From assembly GCA_964016885.1 (NCBI GenBank), contig OZ024744.1, positions 11,594,001 to 11,658,000 on the forward strand: DNA of 64,000 nucleotides, in the 5' to 3' direction. The stretch comes from Eledone cirrhosa. Its lineage: Eukaryota. Within the stretch, counting starts at the first letter, position 1, and every line of letters starts with the position of its first letter. The notes under the pieces are model-generated. The model was not told the DNA's origin. It searched no databases and saw nothing but the letters and a program-made list of their open reading frames with translations. The position numbers and the translations under genes are program-made. This document shows positions 14,251 through 28,500 of this stretch, one piece after another.

Positions 14251-16574
14251 TTGTGTTGTTGTACTCCAATATGTTGTGTAGTCGTACTCCAATATGTTGT
14301 ATTGTTATACTCCAATATGTTGTGCTGTTGTACTCCAATATGTTCTGTTGTTGTACTCCAATATATTGTGTTGTTGTACTCCAATATGTCGTGTTGTTGT
14401 ACTCCAATATGTCGTGTTGTTGTACTCCAATATTTTGTGTTGTTGTACTCCAATATGTTGTGTTGTTGTACTCCAATATGTTGTGTTGTTATACTCCAAT
14501 ATGTTATGTTGTTGTACTCCAATATGTCATGTTGTTGTACTCCAATATGTTTTGATGTTGTACTCCAATATGTTGTGTTGTTGTACTCCAATGTGTTGTG
14601 TTGTTGTACTCCAATATGTTGTGCCGTTGTACTCCAATATTTTTTTGTTTTTGTACTCCAAAATGTTGTGTTGTTATACTCCAATATGTTGTGTTGGTGT
14701 ACTCCAATATGGTGTGCTGTTGTACTCCAAATCTCGTGTTGTTATACTCCAATATGTTGTGTTGTTATACTCCAATATGGTGTGTTGTTGAACTCCAATA
14801 TGTTGTATTGTTTTTCTCCAATATGTCATGTTATACTCCAATATGTTGTGTTCGTGTACTCCAATATGTTGTGTTATTGTACTCCAATATGTTGCGTTAT
14901 TGTACTCCAATATGTTGTGTTGTTATACTCCAATATGTTGTGTTGTTGTACTCCAATATGTCATGTTGTTGTACTCCAGTATGTCTTGTTATACTCCAAT
15001 ATGTCGTGTTGCTGTACTCCAATATGTCATGCTGTTGTACTCCAATATTTCGTGTCGTTGTACTCCAATATGTTGTGCTTTTGTACTCCAATATGTTTTG
15101 CTGTTGTACTCCACTGTGTTGTGTTGTTGAACTCCAATATGTTGTGTTGTTGTTCTCCAATATTTTGTGCTGTTGTACTCCAATGTGTTGTGTTGTTATA
15201 CTCCAATATGTTGTGTTGTGATACTCCAATGTGTTGTGTTGTTGTACTCCAATATGTTGTGTTGTTGTACTCCAATATGTTGTGTTGTTATACACCAATG
15301 TGGTGTGCTGTTGTAATCCAATATGTTATGTTTTACTCCAATATGTTGTGTTGTTATACTCCAATATGTAGTGTTGTTATACTCCAATATGTTGTGTTGT
15401 TGTACTCCAATCTGTTGTGTTATACTCCAATATGTTGTGTTGTTATACTCCAATATGTTGTGTCGTTATACTCCAATATGTTGTGTTGTTGTACTCCAAT
15501 ATGTTTATTGTTGTTCTCCAATATGTCATGCTATACTCCAATAAATTGTGTTCTTGTACTCCAATATGTTTTGTTGTTGTACTCCAATATGTTGTGTTGT
15601 TGTACTCCAATATATCATGTTGTCGTACTCCAATATGTCATGTTATACTCCAATATGTCGTTGTTATACTCCAATATGTCATGTTGCTGTACTCCAACAT
15701 GTCGTGTTGTAGTACTCCAATATGTTTTGATGTTGTACTCCAATATGTTGTGTTGTTGTACTCCAATATGTTGTGTTGTTGTACTCCAATATGTTGTGTT
15801 GTTATACTCCAATATGTTGTGCTGTTGTACTCCAATATGTCATGTTGTTGTACTCCGATATTTCGTGTTGTTCTACTCCAATATTTCGTGTTGTTGTACT
15901 CCAATATGTCGTGGTGTTGTACTCCAATATGTTTTGATGTTGTACTCCAATATGTCGTGTTGTTGTACTCCAATATGTTGTGTTGTTGTACTCCAATATG
16001 CTGTGTTGTTATACTCCTATATGTTGTGCTGTTGTACTTCAATATGTTGTGTTCTACTCCAATATGTTGTGTTGTTATACTCCAATATGTTGTGTTGTTG
16101 TACTCCAATATGTTGTGTTGTTGTACTCCAATATGTGATGTTGTTGTACTCCAATATGTCGTATTGTTGTACTCCAATATATTGTGTTGTTATACTCCAA
16201 TATTTCGTGTTGTTTTAGTCCAATATGTCATGTTGTTTTACTCCAATATTTCGTGTTGTACTCCAATATGTCATGGTGTTGCACTTCAATATGTCGTATT
16301 GTTGTACTCCAATATGTTGTGTTGTTGTTCTCCAATATGTCGTGTTGTTATACTCCAATATGTTATGATGTTGTACTCCAATATATTGTGTTGTTGTACT
16401 CCAATATGTTGTGTTGCTGTACTCCAATATGTTGTGTCGTTGTACTCCAATATGTTGTGTTGTTGTACTCCAATATGTTGTGTTGTTGTACTCCAATATG
16501 TTGTTGTACTCCAATATGTCATGTTGTCGTACTCCAATATTTCGTGTTGTTGTACTCCAATATATCATGGTGTT

Positions 16575-19500
16575 GTACTCCAATATGTTGTGTTGTTGTA
16601 CTCCAATATGTTGTGTTGTTGTACTCCAATATGTTGTGTTGTTGTACTCCAATATGTTGTGTTGTTGTACTCCAATATGTTGTGTTGTTGTACTCCAATA
16701 TGTTGTGTTGTTGTACTCCAATATGCCATGTTGTTATACTCCAATATGTCGTGGTGTTGTACTCCAATATGTCATGTTGTTGTACTCCAATATTTCGTGT
16801 TGTTGTACTCCAATATGTCATAGGGGTTGTACTCCAATATGGTGTGTTGTTGTACTCCAATATGCTGTGTTGCTGTACTCCAATAGGTTGTGTTGTTGTA
16901 CTCCAATATGCTGTGTTGGCTGTGCTCCAATACGTTGTGTTGTTGTACTCCAATATATTGTGCTGCTGTACTCCAATATGTTGTGTTGTTGTACTCCAAT
17001 ATATTGTGCTGCTGTACTCCAGTATGTTGTGTTGTTGTACTCCAATCTATATCGCTGTTGTACTCCAATATGTTGTGTTGTTGTACTCCAATATGTTGTG
17101 CTGTTGTACTCCAATATGTTGTGATGTTGTACTCCAATATTTTGTGCTGTTATACTCCAATATATTGTGTTGTTATACTCCAATATGTTGTGTTGTTGTA
17201 CTCCAAAATATTGTGTTGTTATACTCCAATATGTTGTGTTGTTATACTCCAATATGTTGTGCTGTTATACTCCAATATGTTGTGTTGTTGTACTCCAATA
17301 TGTTGTGCTGTTATACTCCAATATTTTGTGTTGTTATACTCCAATATGTGGTATTGTTGTACTCCAATATGTTGTGCTGTTGTACTCCAATATGTTGTGT
17401 TGTTATACTCCAACATGTTGTGTTGTTATACTCCAATATGTTGTGTTGTTATACTCGAATATGTTGTGTTGTTATACTCGAATATCTTGTGTTGTTATAC
17501 TCGAATATGTTTGCTGTTGTACTCCAATATGTCGTGTTGTTGTACTCCAATATATCATGTAGTTGTACTCCAATATTTCGTGTTGTTGTACCCCAATATG
17601 TAGTGTTGTTTATACTCCAATATGTCATGTTGTTGTACTCCAATATGTTTTGATGTTGTACTCCAATATGTTGTGTTGTTGTACTCCAATATGTTTTGAT
17701 GTTGTACTCCAATATGTTGTGTTGTTGTACTCCAATATGTTGTGTAGTCGTACTCCAATATGTTGTGTTGTTGTACTCCAATATGCTGTGATGTTGTACT
17801 CCAATATGATGTGCTGTTGTACTCCAATGCGTTGTGTTGTTGTACTCCAATATGCTGTGTTGTTATACTCCAATATGTTGTGTTGTTGTACTCCAATATG
17901 TTGTGTTGTTGTACTCCAATATGTTGTGTTGTTGTAATCCAATATCTTGTGTTGTTATACTCCAATATGTTGTGCTGTTGTACTCCAATATGTTGAGTTG
18001 TTATACTCCAATATGTAGTGTTGTTATACTCCAATATGTTGTGTTGTTGTACTCCAATCTGTTGCGTTATACTCCAATATGTTGTGTTGTTATACTCCAA
18101 TATGTTGTGTTGTTATACTCCAATATGTTGTGTTGTTTTACTCCAATATGTTGTATTGTTGATCTCCAATATGTCATATTATACTCCAATAAGTTGTGTT
18201 CTTGTACTCCAATATGTGTTGTTGTTGTACTCCAATATGTTGCGTTGTTGTACTCCAATATATCATGTTGTCGTACTCCAATATGTCATGTTATACTCCA
18301 ATATGTTTTGATGCTGTACTCCAATATGTTGTGGTGTTGTACTACAATATGTTGTGTTGTTGTACTCCAATATGTTGTGTTGTTATACTCCAATATGTTG
18401 TGCTGTTGTACTCCAATATGTTGTGTTGTTATACTCCAATATGTAGTGTTGTTATACTCCAATATGTTGTGTTGTTGAACTCCAATCTGTTGTGTTGTTA
18501 TACTCCAATATATTGTGTTGTTATACTCCAATATGTTGTGTTGTTTTACTCCAATATGTTGTGTTGTTGTACTCCAATATGTTGTATTGTTGTTCTCCAA
18601 TATGTCATGTTATACTCCAATAAGTTGTGTTCTTGTACTCCAATATGTTGTGTTGTTGTACTCCAATATGTTGTGTTGTTGTACTCCAATATATCATGTT
18701 GTCGTACTCCAATATGTCGTTGTTATACTCCAATATGTCATGATGTTGTACTCCAATATGTCGTGTTCTTGTACTCCAATATGTCGTGTTGTCGTACTCC
18801 AATATGTTGTGTTGTTGTACTCCAATATGTTGTGCTGTTGTACTCCAATATGTTGTGTTGTTGTACTCCAATATGTTGTGTTGTTATACTCCAATATGTT
18901 GTGCTGTTGTACTCCAATATTTCGTGTTGTTGTACTCCAATACGTCGTGTTGTACTCCAATATGTTGTGTTGTTATACTCCAATATGTTATGTTGTTGTA
19001 CTCCAATGTGTCTTGTTGTTGGACTCCAATATGTTTTGATGTTGTACTCCAATATGTTGTGTTGTTGTACTCCAATATGTTTTGATGTTGTACTCCAATA
19101 TGTTGTGCTGTTGTACTCCAATATGTTGTGTAGTCGTACTCCAATATGCTGTGTTGTTGTACTCTAATATGTTTTGTTGTTATTATCCAATACGTTGTGA
19201 TGTTGTACTCCAATGTGTTGTGTTGTTGTACTCCAATGTGATGTGTTGTTGTACTCCAATATGTTGTGCTGTTGTACTCCAATATTTTTTTATTTTTTGT
19301 ACTCCAATATGTTGTGTTGTTATACTCCAATATGTTGTGTTGTTATACTCCAATATGGTGTGTTGTTGTACTCCAATATGTTGTATTGTTTTCTCCAATA
19401 TGTCATGTTATACTCCGATATGGTGTGTTCGTGTACTCCAATATGTTGTGTTATTGTACTCCAATATGTTGCGTTGTTGTACTCCAATATGTTGTGTTGT

Positions 19501-22500
19501 TATACTCCAATATGTCGTGTGGCTGTACTCCAATATGTCATGTTGTTGTACTCCAATATGTCTTGTTATAGTCCAATATGTCGTGTTGTTGTACTCCAAT
19601 ATATCATGTAGTTGTACTCCAATATTTCGTGTTGTTGTACCCCAATATGTAGTGTTGTTTATACTCCAATATGTTTTGCTGTTGTACTCCAATATGTTGT
19701 GTTGCTGTACTCCTATATGTTGTGTTGTTATTCTCCAATATGTTGTGCTGTTGTACTCCAATGTGTTGTGTTGTTATACTCCAATGTGTTGTGTTGTTAT
19801 ACTCCAATATGTTGTGTTGTTGTAGTCCAATATGTTGTGTTGTCGTACTCCAATATGTTGTGTTGTTATACTCCAATATTTCGTGTGGTTGTACTCCAAT
19901 ATGTCATGGTGTTGTACTTCAATATGTCGTGTTGTTGTACTCCAATATGTTGTCTGGTTGTACTCCAATCTGTTGTATTGTTGTACTTCAATATGTTCTG
20001 TTGTTGTACTCCAATATATTGTGTTGTTGTACTCCAATATGTTGTGTTGTTGTACTCCAATATGCTGTGTTGTTGTACTCCAATATGTTGTGTTGTTGTA
20101 CTCCAATATGTTGTGTTGTTGTACTCCAATATCTTGTGTTCTTATACTCCAATATGTTGTGTTGTTATACTCCAATATGTTGTTTTGTTGTACTCCAATA
20201 TGTTGTGCTGTTGTACTCCAATATGATGTGCTGTTGTACTCCAATATGTTGTGTTGTTGTACTCCAATGTGTTGTGTTGTTGTACTCCAATATGTTGTGC
20301 CGTTGTACTCCAATATTTTTTTGTTTTTGTACTCCAAAATGTTGTGTTGTTGTACTCCAATATGGTGTGCTGTTGTACTCCAAATCTCGTGTTGTTATAC
20401 TCCAATGTGTTGTGTTGTTATACTCCAATATGGTGTGTTGTTGAACTCCAATATGTTGTATTGTTTTTCTCCAATATGTCATGTTATACTCCAATATGTT
20501 GTGTTCGTGTACTCCAATATGTTGTGTTATTGTACTCCAATATGTTGCGTTGTTGTACTCCAATATGTTGTGTTGTTATACTCCAATATGTTGTGTTGTT
20601 GTACTCCAATATGTCATGTTGTTGTACTCCAGTATGTCTTGTTATACTCCAATATGTCGTGTTGCTGTACTCCAATATGTCATGCTGTTGTACTCCAATA
20701 TTTCGTGTCGTTGTACTCCAATATGTTGTGCTTTTGTACTCCAATATGTTTTGCTGTTGTACTCCACTGTGTTGTGTTGTTGAACTCCAATATGTTGTGT
20801 TGTTGTTCTCCAATATTTTGTGCTGTTGTACTCCAATGTGTTGTGTTGTTATACTCCAATATGTTGTGTTGTGATACTCCAATGTGTTGTGTTGTTGTAC
20901 TCCAATATGTTGTGTTGTTGTACTCCAATATGTTGTGTTGTTATACACCAATGTGGTGTGCTGTTGTAATCCAATATGTTATGTTGTACTCCAATATGTT
21001 GTGTTGTTATACTCCAATATGTAGTGTTGTTATACTCCAATATGTTGTGTTGTTGTACTCCAATCTGTTGTGTTATACTCCAATATGTTGTGTTGTTGTA
21101 CTCCAATATGTTGTATTGTTGTTCTCCAATATGTCATGCTATACTCCAATAAGTTGTGTTCTTGTACTCCAATATGTTTTGTTGTTGTACTCCAATATGT
21201 TATGTTGTTGTACTCCAATATATCATGTTGTCGTACTCCAATATGTCATGTTATACTCCAATATGTCGTTGTTATACTCCAATATGTCATGTTGCTGTAC
21301 TCCAACATGTCGTGTTGTAGTACTCCAATATGTTTTGATGTTGTACTCCAATATGTTGTGTTGTTGTACTCCAATATGTTGTGTTGTTGTACTCCAATAT
21401 GTTGTGTTGTTATACTCCAATATGTTGTGCTGTTGTACTCCAATATGTCATGTTGTTGTACTCCGATATTTCGTGTTGTTCTACTCCAATATTTCGTGTT
21501 GCTGTACTCCAATATGTCGTGGTGTTGTACTCCAATATGTTTTGATGTTGTACTCCAATATGTCGTGTTGTTGTACTCCAATATGTTGTGTTGTTGTACT
21601 CCAATACGCTGTGTTGTTATACTCCTATATGTTGTGTTGTTGTACTCCAATATGTGATGTTGTTGTACTCCAATATGTCGTATTGTTGTACTCCAATATA
21701 TTGTGTTGTTATACTCCAATATTTCGTGTTGTTTTAGTCCAATATGTCATGTTGTTTTACTCCAATATTTCGTGTTGTTGTACTCCAATATGTCATGGTG
21801 TTGTACTTCAATATGTCGTATTGTTGTACTCCAATATGTTGTGTTGTTGTTCTCCAATATGTCGTGTTGTTATACTCCAATATGTTATGATGTTGTACTC
21901 CAATATATTGTGTTGTTGTACTCCAATATGTTGTGTTGCTGTACTCCAATATGGTGTGTCGTTGTACTCCAATATGTTGTGTTGTTGTACTCCAATATGT
22001 TGTGTTGTTGTACTCCAATATGTTGTTGTACTCCAATATGTCATGTTGTCGTACACCAATATTTCATGTTGTTGTACTCCAATATGTCATGGTGTTGTAC
22101 TCCAATATGTTGTGTTGTTGTACTCCAATATGTTGTGTTGTTGTACTCCAATATGTTGTGTTGTTGTACTCCAATATGTTGTGTTGTTGTACTCCAATAT
22201 GTTGTGTTGTTGTACTCCAATATGTTGTGTTGTTGTACTCCAATATGTTGTGTTGTTGTACTCCAATATGCCATGTTGTTATACTCCATGATGTCGTGGT
22301 GTTGTACTCCAATATGTCATGTTGTTGTACTCCAATATTTCGTGTTGTTGTACTCCAATATGTCATAGGGGTTGTACTCCAATATGGTGTGTTGTTGTAC
22401 TCCAATATGCTGTGTTGCTGTACTCCAATAGGTTGTGTTGTTGTACTCCAATATGCTGTGTTGGCTGTGCTCCAATACGTTGTGTTGTTGTACTCCAATA

Positions 22501-25500
22501 TGTTGTGCTGCTGTACTCCAATATGTTGTGTTGTTGTACTCCAATATGTTGTGTTGTTGTACTCCAATATGTTGTGTTGTTGTACTCCAATCTATATCGC
22601 TGTTGTACTCCAATATGTTGTGTTGTTGTACTCCAATATGTTGTGCTGTTGTACTCCAATATGTTGTGCTGTTGTACTCCAATATTTTGTGCTGTTATAC
22701 TCCAATATATTGTGTTGTTATACACCAATATGTTGTGTTGTTGTACTCCAAAATATTGTGTTGTTATACTCCAATATGTTGTGTTGTTATACTCCAATAT
22801 GTTGTGCTGTTATACTCCAATATGTTGTGTTGTTGTACTCCAATATGTTGTGCTGTTATACTCCAATATTTTGTGTTGTTATACTCCAATATGTGGTATT
22901 GTTGTACTCCAATATGTTGTGCTGTTGTACTCCAATATGTTGTGTTGTTATACTCCAACATGTTATGTTGTTATACTCCAATATGTTGTGTTGTTATACT
23001 CGAATATGTTGTGTTGTTATACTCGAATATCTTGTGTTGTTATACTCGAATATGTTGTGCTGTTGTACTCCAATATGTCGTGTTGTTGTACTCCAATATA
23101 TCATGTAGTTGTACTCCAATATTTCGTGTTGTTGTACCCCAATATGTAGTGTTGTTTATATTCCAATATGTTTTGCTGTTGTACTCCAATATGTTGTGTT
23201 GTTGTACTCCAATATGTTGTGTTGTTGTACTCCAATATGTTGTGTTGTTGTACTCCAATATGTTGTGTTGTTGTACTCCAATATGTTGTGTTGTTGTACT
23301 CCAATATGTTGTGTTGTTGTACTCCAATATGCCATGTTGTTATACTCCAATATGTCGTGGTGTTGTACTCCAATATGTCATGTTGTTGTACTCCAATATT
23401 TCGTGTTGTTGTACTCCAATATGTCATAGGGGTTGTACTCCAATATGGTGTGTTGTTGTACTCCAATATGATGTGTTGCTGTACTCCAATAGGTTGTGTT
23501 GTTGTACTCCAATATGCTGTGTTGGCTGTGCTCCAATACGTTGTGTTGTTGTACTCCAATATATTGTGCTGCTGTACTCCAATATGTTGTGTTGTTGTAC
23601 TCCAATATATTGTGCTGCTGTACTCCAGTATGTTGTGTTGTTGTACTCCAATCTATATCGCTGTTGTACTCCAATATGTTGTGTTGTTGTACTCCAATAT
23701 GTTGTGCTGTTGTACTCCAATATGTTGTGATGTTGTACTCCAATATTTTGTGCTGTTATACTCCAATATATTGTGTTGTTATACTCCAATATGTTGTGTT
23801 GTTGTACTCCAAAATATTGTGTTGTTATACTCCAATATGTTGTGTTGTTATACTCCAATATGTTGTGCTGTTATACTCCAATATGTTGTGTTGTTGTACT
23901 CCAATATGTTGTGCTGTTATACTCCAATATTTTGTGTTGTTATACTCCAATATGTGGTATTGTTGTACTCCAATATGTTGTGCTGTTGTACTCCAATATG
24001 TTGTGTTGTTATACTCCAACATGTTGTGTTGTTATACTCCAATATGTTGTGTTGTTATACTCGAATATGTTGTGTTGTTATACTCGAATATCTTGTGTTG
24101 TTATACTCGAATATGTTTGCTGTTGTACTCCAATATGTCGTGTTGTTGTACTCCAATATATCATGTAGTTGTACTCCAATATTTCGTGTTGTTGTACCCC
24201 AATATGTAGTGTTGTTTATACTCCAATATGTCATGTTGTTGTACTCCAATATGTTTTGATGTTGTACTCCAATATGTTGTGTTGTTGTACTCCAATATGT
24301 TTTGATGTTGTACTCCAATATGTTGTGTTGTTGTACTCCAATATGTTGTGTAGTCGTACTCCAATATGTTGTGTTGTTGTACTCCAATATGCTGTGATGT
24401 TGTACTCCAATATGATGTGCTGTTGTACTCCAATGCGTTGTGTTGTTGTACTCCAATATGCTGTGTTGTTATACTCCAATATGTTGTGTTGTTGTACTCC
24501 AATATGTTGTGTTGTTGTACTCCAATATGTTGTGTTGTTGTAATCCAATATCTTGTGTTGTTATACTCCAATATGTTGTGCTGTTGTACTCCAATATGTT
24601 GAGTTGTTATACTCCAATATGTAGTGTTGTTATACTCCAATATGTTGTGTTGTTGTACTCCAATCTGTTGCGTTATACTCCAATATGTTGTGTTGTTATA
24701 CTCCAATATGTTGTGTTGTTATACTCCAATATGTTGTGTTGTTTTACTCCAATATGTTGTATTGTTGATCTCCAATATGTCATATTATACTCCAATAAGT
24801 TGTGTTCTTGTACTCCAATATGTGTTGTTGTTGTACTCCAATATGTTGCGTTGTTGTACTCCAATATATCATGTTGTCGTACTCCAATATGTCATGTTAT
24901 ACTCCAATATGTTTTGATGCTGTACTCCAATATGTTGTGGTGTTGTACTACAATATGTTGTGTTGTTGTACTCCAATATGTTGTGTTGTTATACTCCAAT
25001 ATGTTGTGCTGTTGTACTCCAATATGTTGTGTTGTTATACTCCAATATGTAGTGTTGTTATACTCCAATATGTTGTGTTGTTGAACTCCAATCTGTTGTG
25101 TTGTTATACTCCAATATATTGTGTTGTTATACTCCAATATGTTGTGTTGTTTTACTCCAATATGTTGTGTTGTTGTACTCCAATATGTTGTATTGTTGTT
25201 CTCCAATATGTCATGTTATACTCCAATAAGTTGTGTTCTTGTACTCCAATATGTTGTGTTGTTGTACTCCAATATGTTGTGTTGTTGTACTCCAATATAT
25301 CATGTTGTCGTACTCCAATATGTCGTTGTTATACTCCAATATGTCATGATGTTGTACTCCAATATGTCGTGTTCTTGTACTCCAATATGTCGTGTTGTCG
25401 TACTCCAATATGTTGTGTTGTTGTACTCCAATATGTTGTGCTGTTGTACTCCAATATGTTGTGTTGTTGTACTCCAATATGTTGTGTTGTTATACTCCAA

Positions 25501-28500
25501 TATGTTGTGCTGTTGTACTCCAATATTTCGTGTTGTTGTACTCCAATACGTCGTGTTGTACTCCAATATGTTGTGTTGTTATACTCCAATATGTTATGTT
25601 GTTGTACTCCAATGTGTCTTGTTGTTGGACTCCAATATGTTTTGATGTTGTACTCCAATATGTTGTGTTGTTGTACTCCAATATGTTTTGATGTTGTACT
25701 CCAATATGTTGTGCTGTTGTACTCCAATATGTTGTGTAGTCGTACTCCAATATGCTGTGTTGTTGTACTCTAATATGTTTTGTTGTTATTATCCAATACG
25801 TTGTGATGTTGTACTCCAATGTGTTGTGTTGTTGTACTCCAATGTGATGTGTTGTTGTACTCCAATATGTTGTGCTGTTGTACTCCAATATTTTTTTATT
25901 TTTTGTACTCCAATATGTTGTGTTGTTATACTCCAATATGTTGTGTTGTTATACTCCAATATGGTGTGTTGTTGTACTCCAATATGTTGTATTGTTTTCT
26001 CCAATATGTCATGTTATACTCCGATATGGTGTGTTCGTGTACTCCAATATGTTGTGTTATTGTACTCCAATATGTTGCGTTGTTGTACTCCAATATGTTG
26101 TGTTGTTATACTCCAATATGTCGTGTGGCTGTACTCCAATATGTCATGTTGTTGTACTCCAATATGTCTTGTTATAGTCCAATATGTCGTGTTGTTGTAC
26201 TCCAATATATCATGTAGTTGTACTCCAATATTTCGTGTTGTTGTACCCCAATATGTAGTGTTGTTTATACTCCAATATGTTTTGCTGTTGTACTCCAATA
26301 TGTTGTGTTGCTGTACTCCTATATGTTGTGTTGTTATTCTCCAATATGTTGTGCTGTTGTACTCCAATGTGTTGTGTTGTTATACTCCAATGTGTTGTGT
26401 TGTTATACTCCAATATGTTGTGTTGTTGTAGTCCAATATGTTGTGTTGTCGTACTCCAATATGTTGTGTTGTTATACTCCAATATTTCGTGTGGTTGTAC
26501 TCCAATATGTCATGGTGTTGTACTTCAATATGTCGTGTTGTTGTACTCCAATATGTTGTCTGGTTGTACTCCAATCTGTTGTATTGTTGTACTTCAATAT
26601 GTTCTGTTGTTGTACTCCAATATATTGTGTTGTTGTACTCCAATATGTTGTGTTGTTGTACTCCAATATGCTGTGTTGTTGTACTCCAATATGTTGTGTT
26701 GTTGTACTCCAATATGTTGTGTTGTTGTACTCCAATATCTTGTGTTCTTATACTCCAATATGTTGTGTTGTTATACTCCAATATGTTGTTTTGTTGTACT
26801 CCAATATGTTGTGCTGTTGTACTCCAATATGATGTGCTGTTGTACTCCAATATGTTGTGTTGTTGTACTCCAATGTGTTGTGTTGTTGTACTCCAATATG
26901 TTGTGCCGTTGTACTCCAATATTTTTTTGTTTTTGTACTCCAAAATGTTGTGTTGTTGTACTCCAATATGGTGTGCTGTTGTACTCCAAATCTCGTGTTG
27001 TTATACTCCAATGTGTTGTGTTGTTATACTCCAATATGGTGTGTTGTTGAACTCCAATATGTTGTATTGTTTTTCTCCAATATGTCATGTTATACTCCAA
27101 TATGTTGTGTTCGTGTACTCCAATATGTTGTGTTATTGTACTCCAATATGTTGCGTTGTTGTACTCCAATATGTTGTGTTGTTATACTCCAATATGTTGT
27201 GTTGTTGTACTCCAATATGTCATGTTGTTGTACTCCAGTATGTCTTGTTATACTCCAATATGTCGTGTTGCTGTACTCCAATATGTCATGCTGTTGTACT
27301 CCAATATTTCGTGTCGTTGTACTCCAATATGTTGTGCTTTTGTACTCCAATATGTTTTGCTGTTGTACTCCACTGTGTTGTGTTGTTGAACTCCAATATG
27401 TTGTGTTGTTGTTCTCCAATATTTTGTGCTGTTGTACTCCAATGTGTTGTGTTGTTATACTCCAATATGTTGTGTTGTGATACTCCAATGTGTTGTGTTG
27501 TTGTACTCCAATATGTTGTGTTGTTGTACTCCAATATGTTGTGTTGTTATACACCAATGTGGTGTGCTGTTGTAATCCAATATGTTATGTTGTACTCCAA
27601 TATGTTGTGTTGTTATACTCCAATATGTAGTGTTGTTATACTCCAATATGTTGTGTTGTTGTACTCCAATCTGTTGTGTTATACTCCAATATGTTGTGTT
27701 GTTGTACTCCAATATGTTGTATTGTTGTTCTCCAATATGTCATGCTATACTCCAATAAGTTGTGTTCTTGTACTCCAATATGTTTTGTTGTTGTACTCCA
27801 ATATGTTATGTTGTTGTACTCCAATATATCATGTTGTCGTACTCCAATATGTCATGTTATACTCCAATATGTCGTTGTTATACTCCAATATGTCATGTTG
27901 CTGTACTCCAACATGTCGTGTTGTAGTACTCCAATATGTTTTGATGTTGTACTCCAATATGTTGTGTTGTTGTACTCCAATATGTTGTGTTGTTGTACTC
28001 CAATATGTTGTGTTGTTATACTCCAATATGTTGTGCTGTTGTACTCCAATATGTCATGTTGTTGTACTCCGATATTTCGTGTTGTTCTACTCCAATATTT
28101 CGTGTTGCTGTACTCCAATATGTCGTGGTGTTGTACTCCAATATGTTTTGATGTTGTACTCCAATATGTCGTGTTGTTGTACTCCAATATGTTGTGTTGT
28201 TGTACTCCAATATGCTGTGTTGTTATACTCCTATATGTTGTGTTGTTGTACTCCAATATGTGATGTTGTTGTACTCCAATATGTCGTATTGTTGTACTCC
28301 AATATATTGTGTTGTTATACTCCAATATTTCGTGTTGTTTTAGTCCAATATGTCATGTTGTTTTACTCCAATATTTCGTGTTGTTGTACTCCAATATGTC
28401 ATGGTGTTGTACTTCAATATGTCGTATTGTTGTACTCCAATATGTTGTGTTGTTGTTCTCCAATATGTCGTGTTGTTATACTCCAATATGTTATGATGTT

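Noticed and set aside
16819-16830. cataggggtt as an interstitial telomere motif or G-quadruplex seed
   Set aside because: It is a single G4 run produced by substitutions within one monomer, and copies are at least 1 kb apart.
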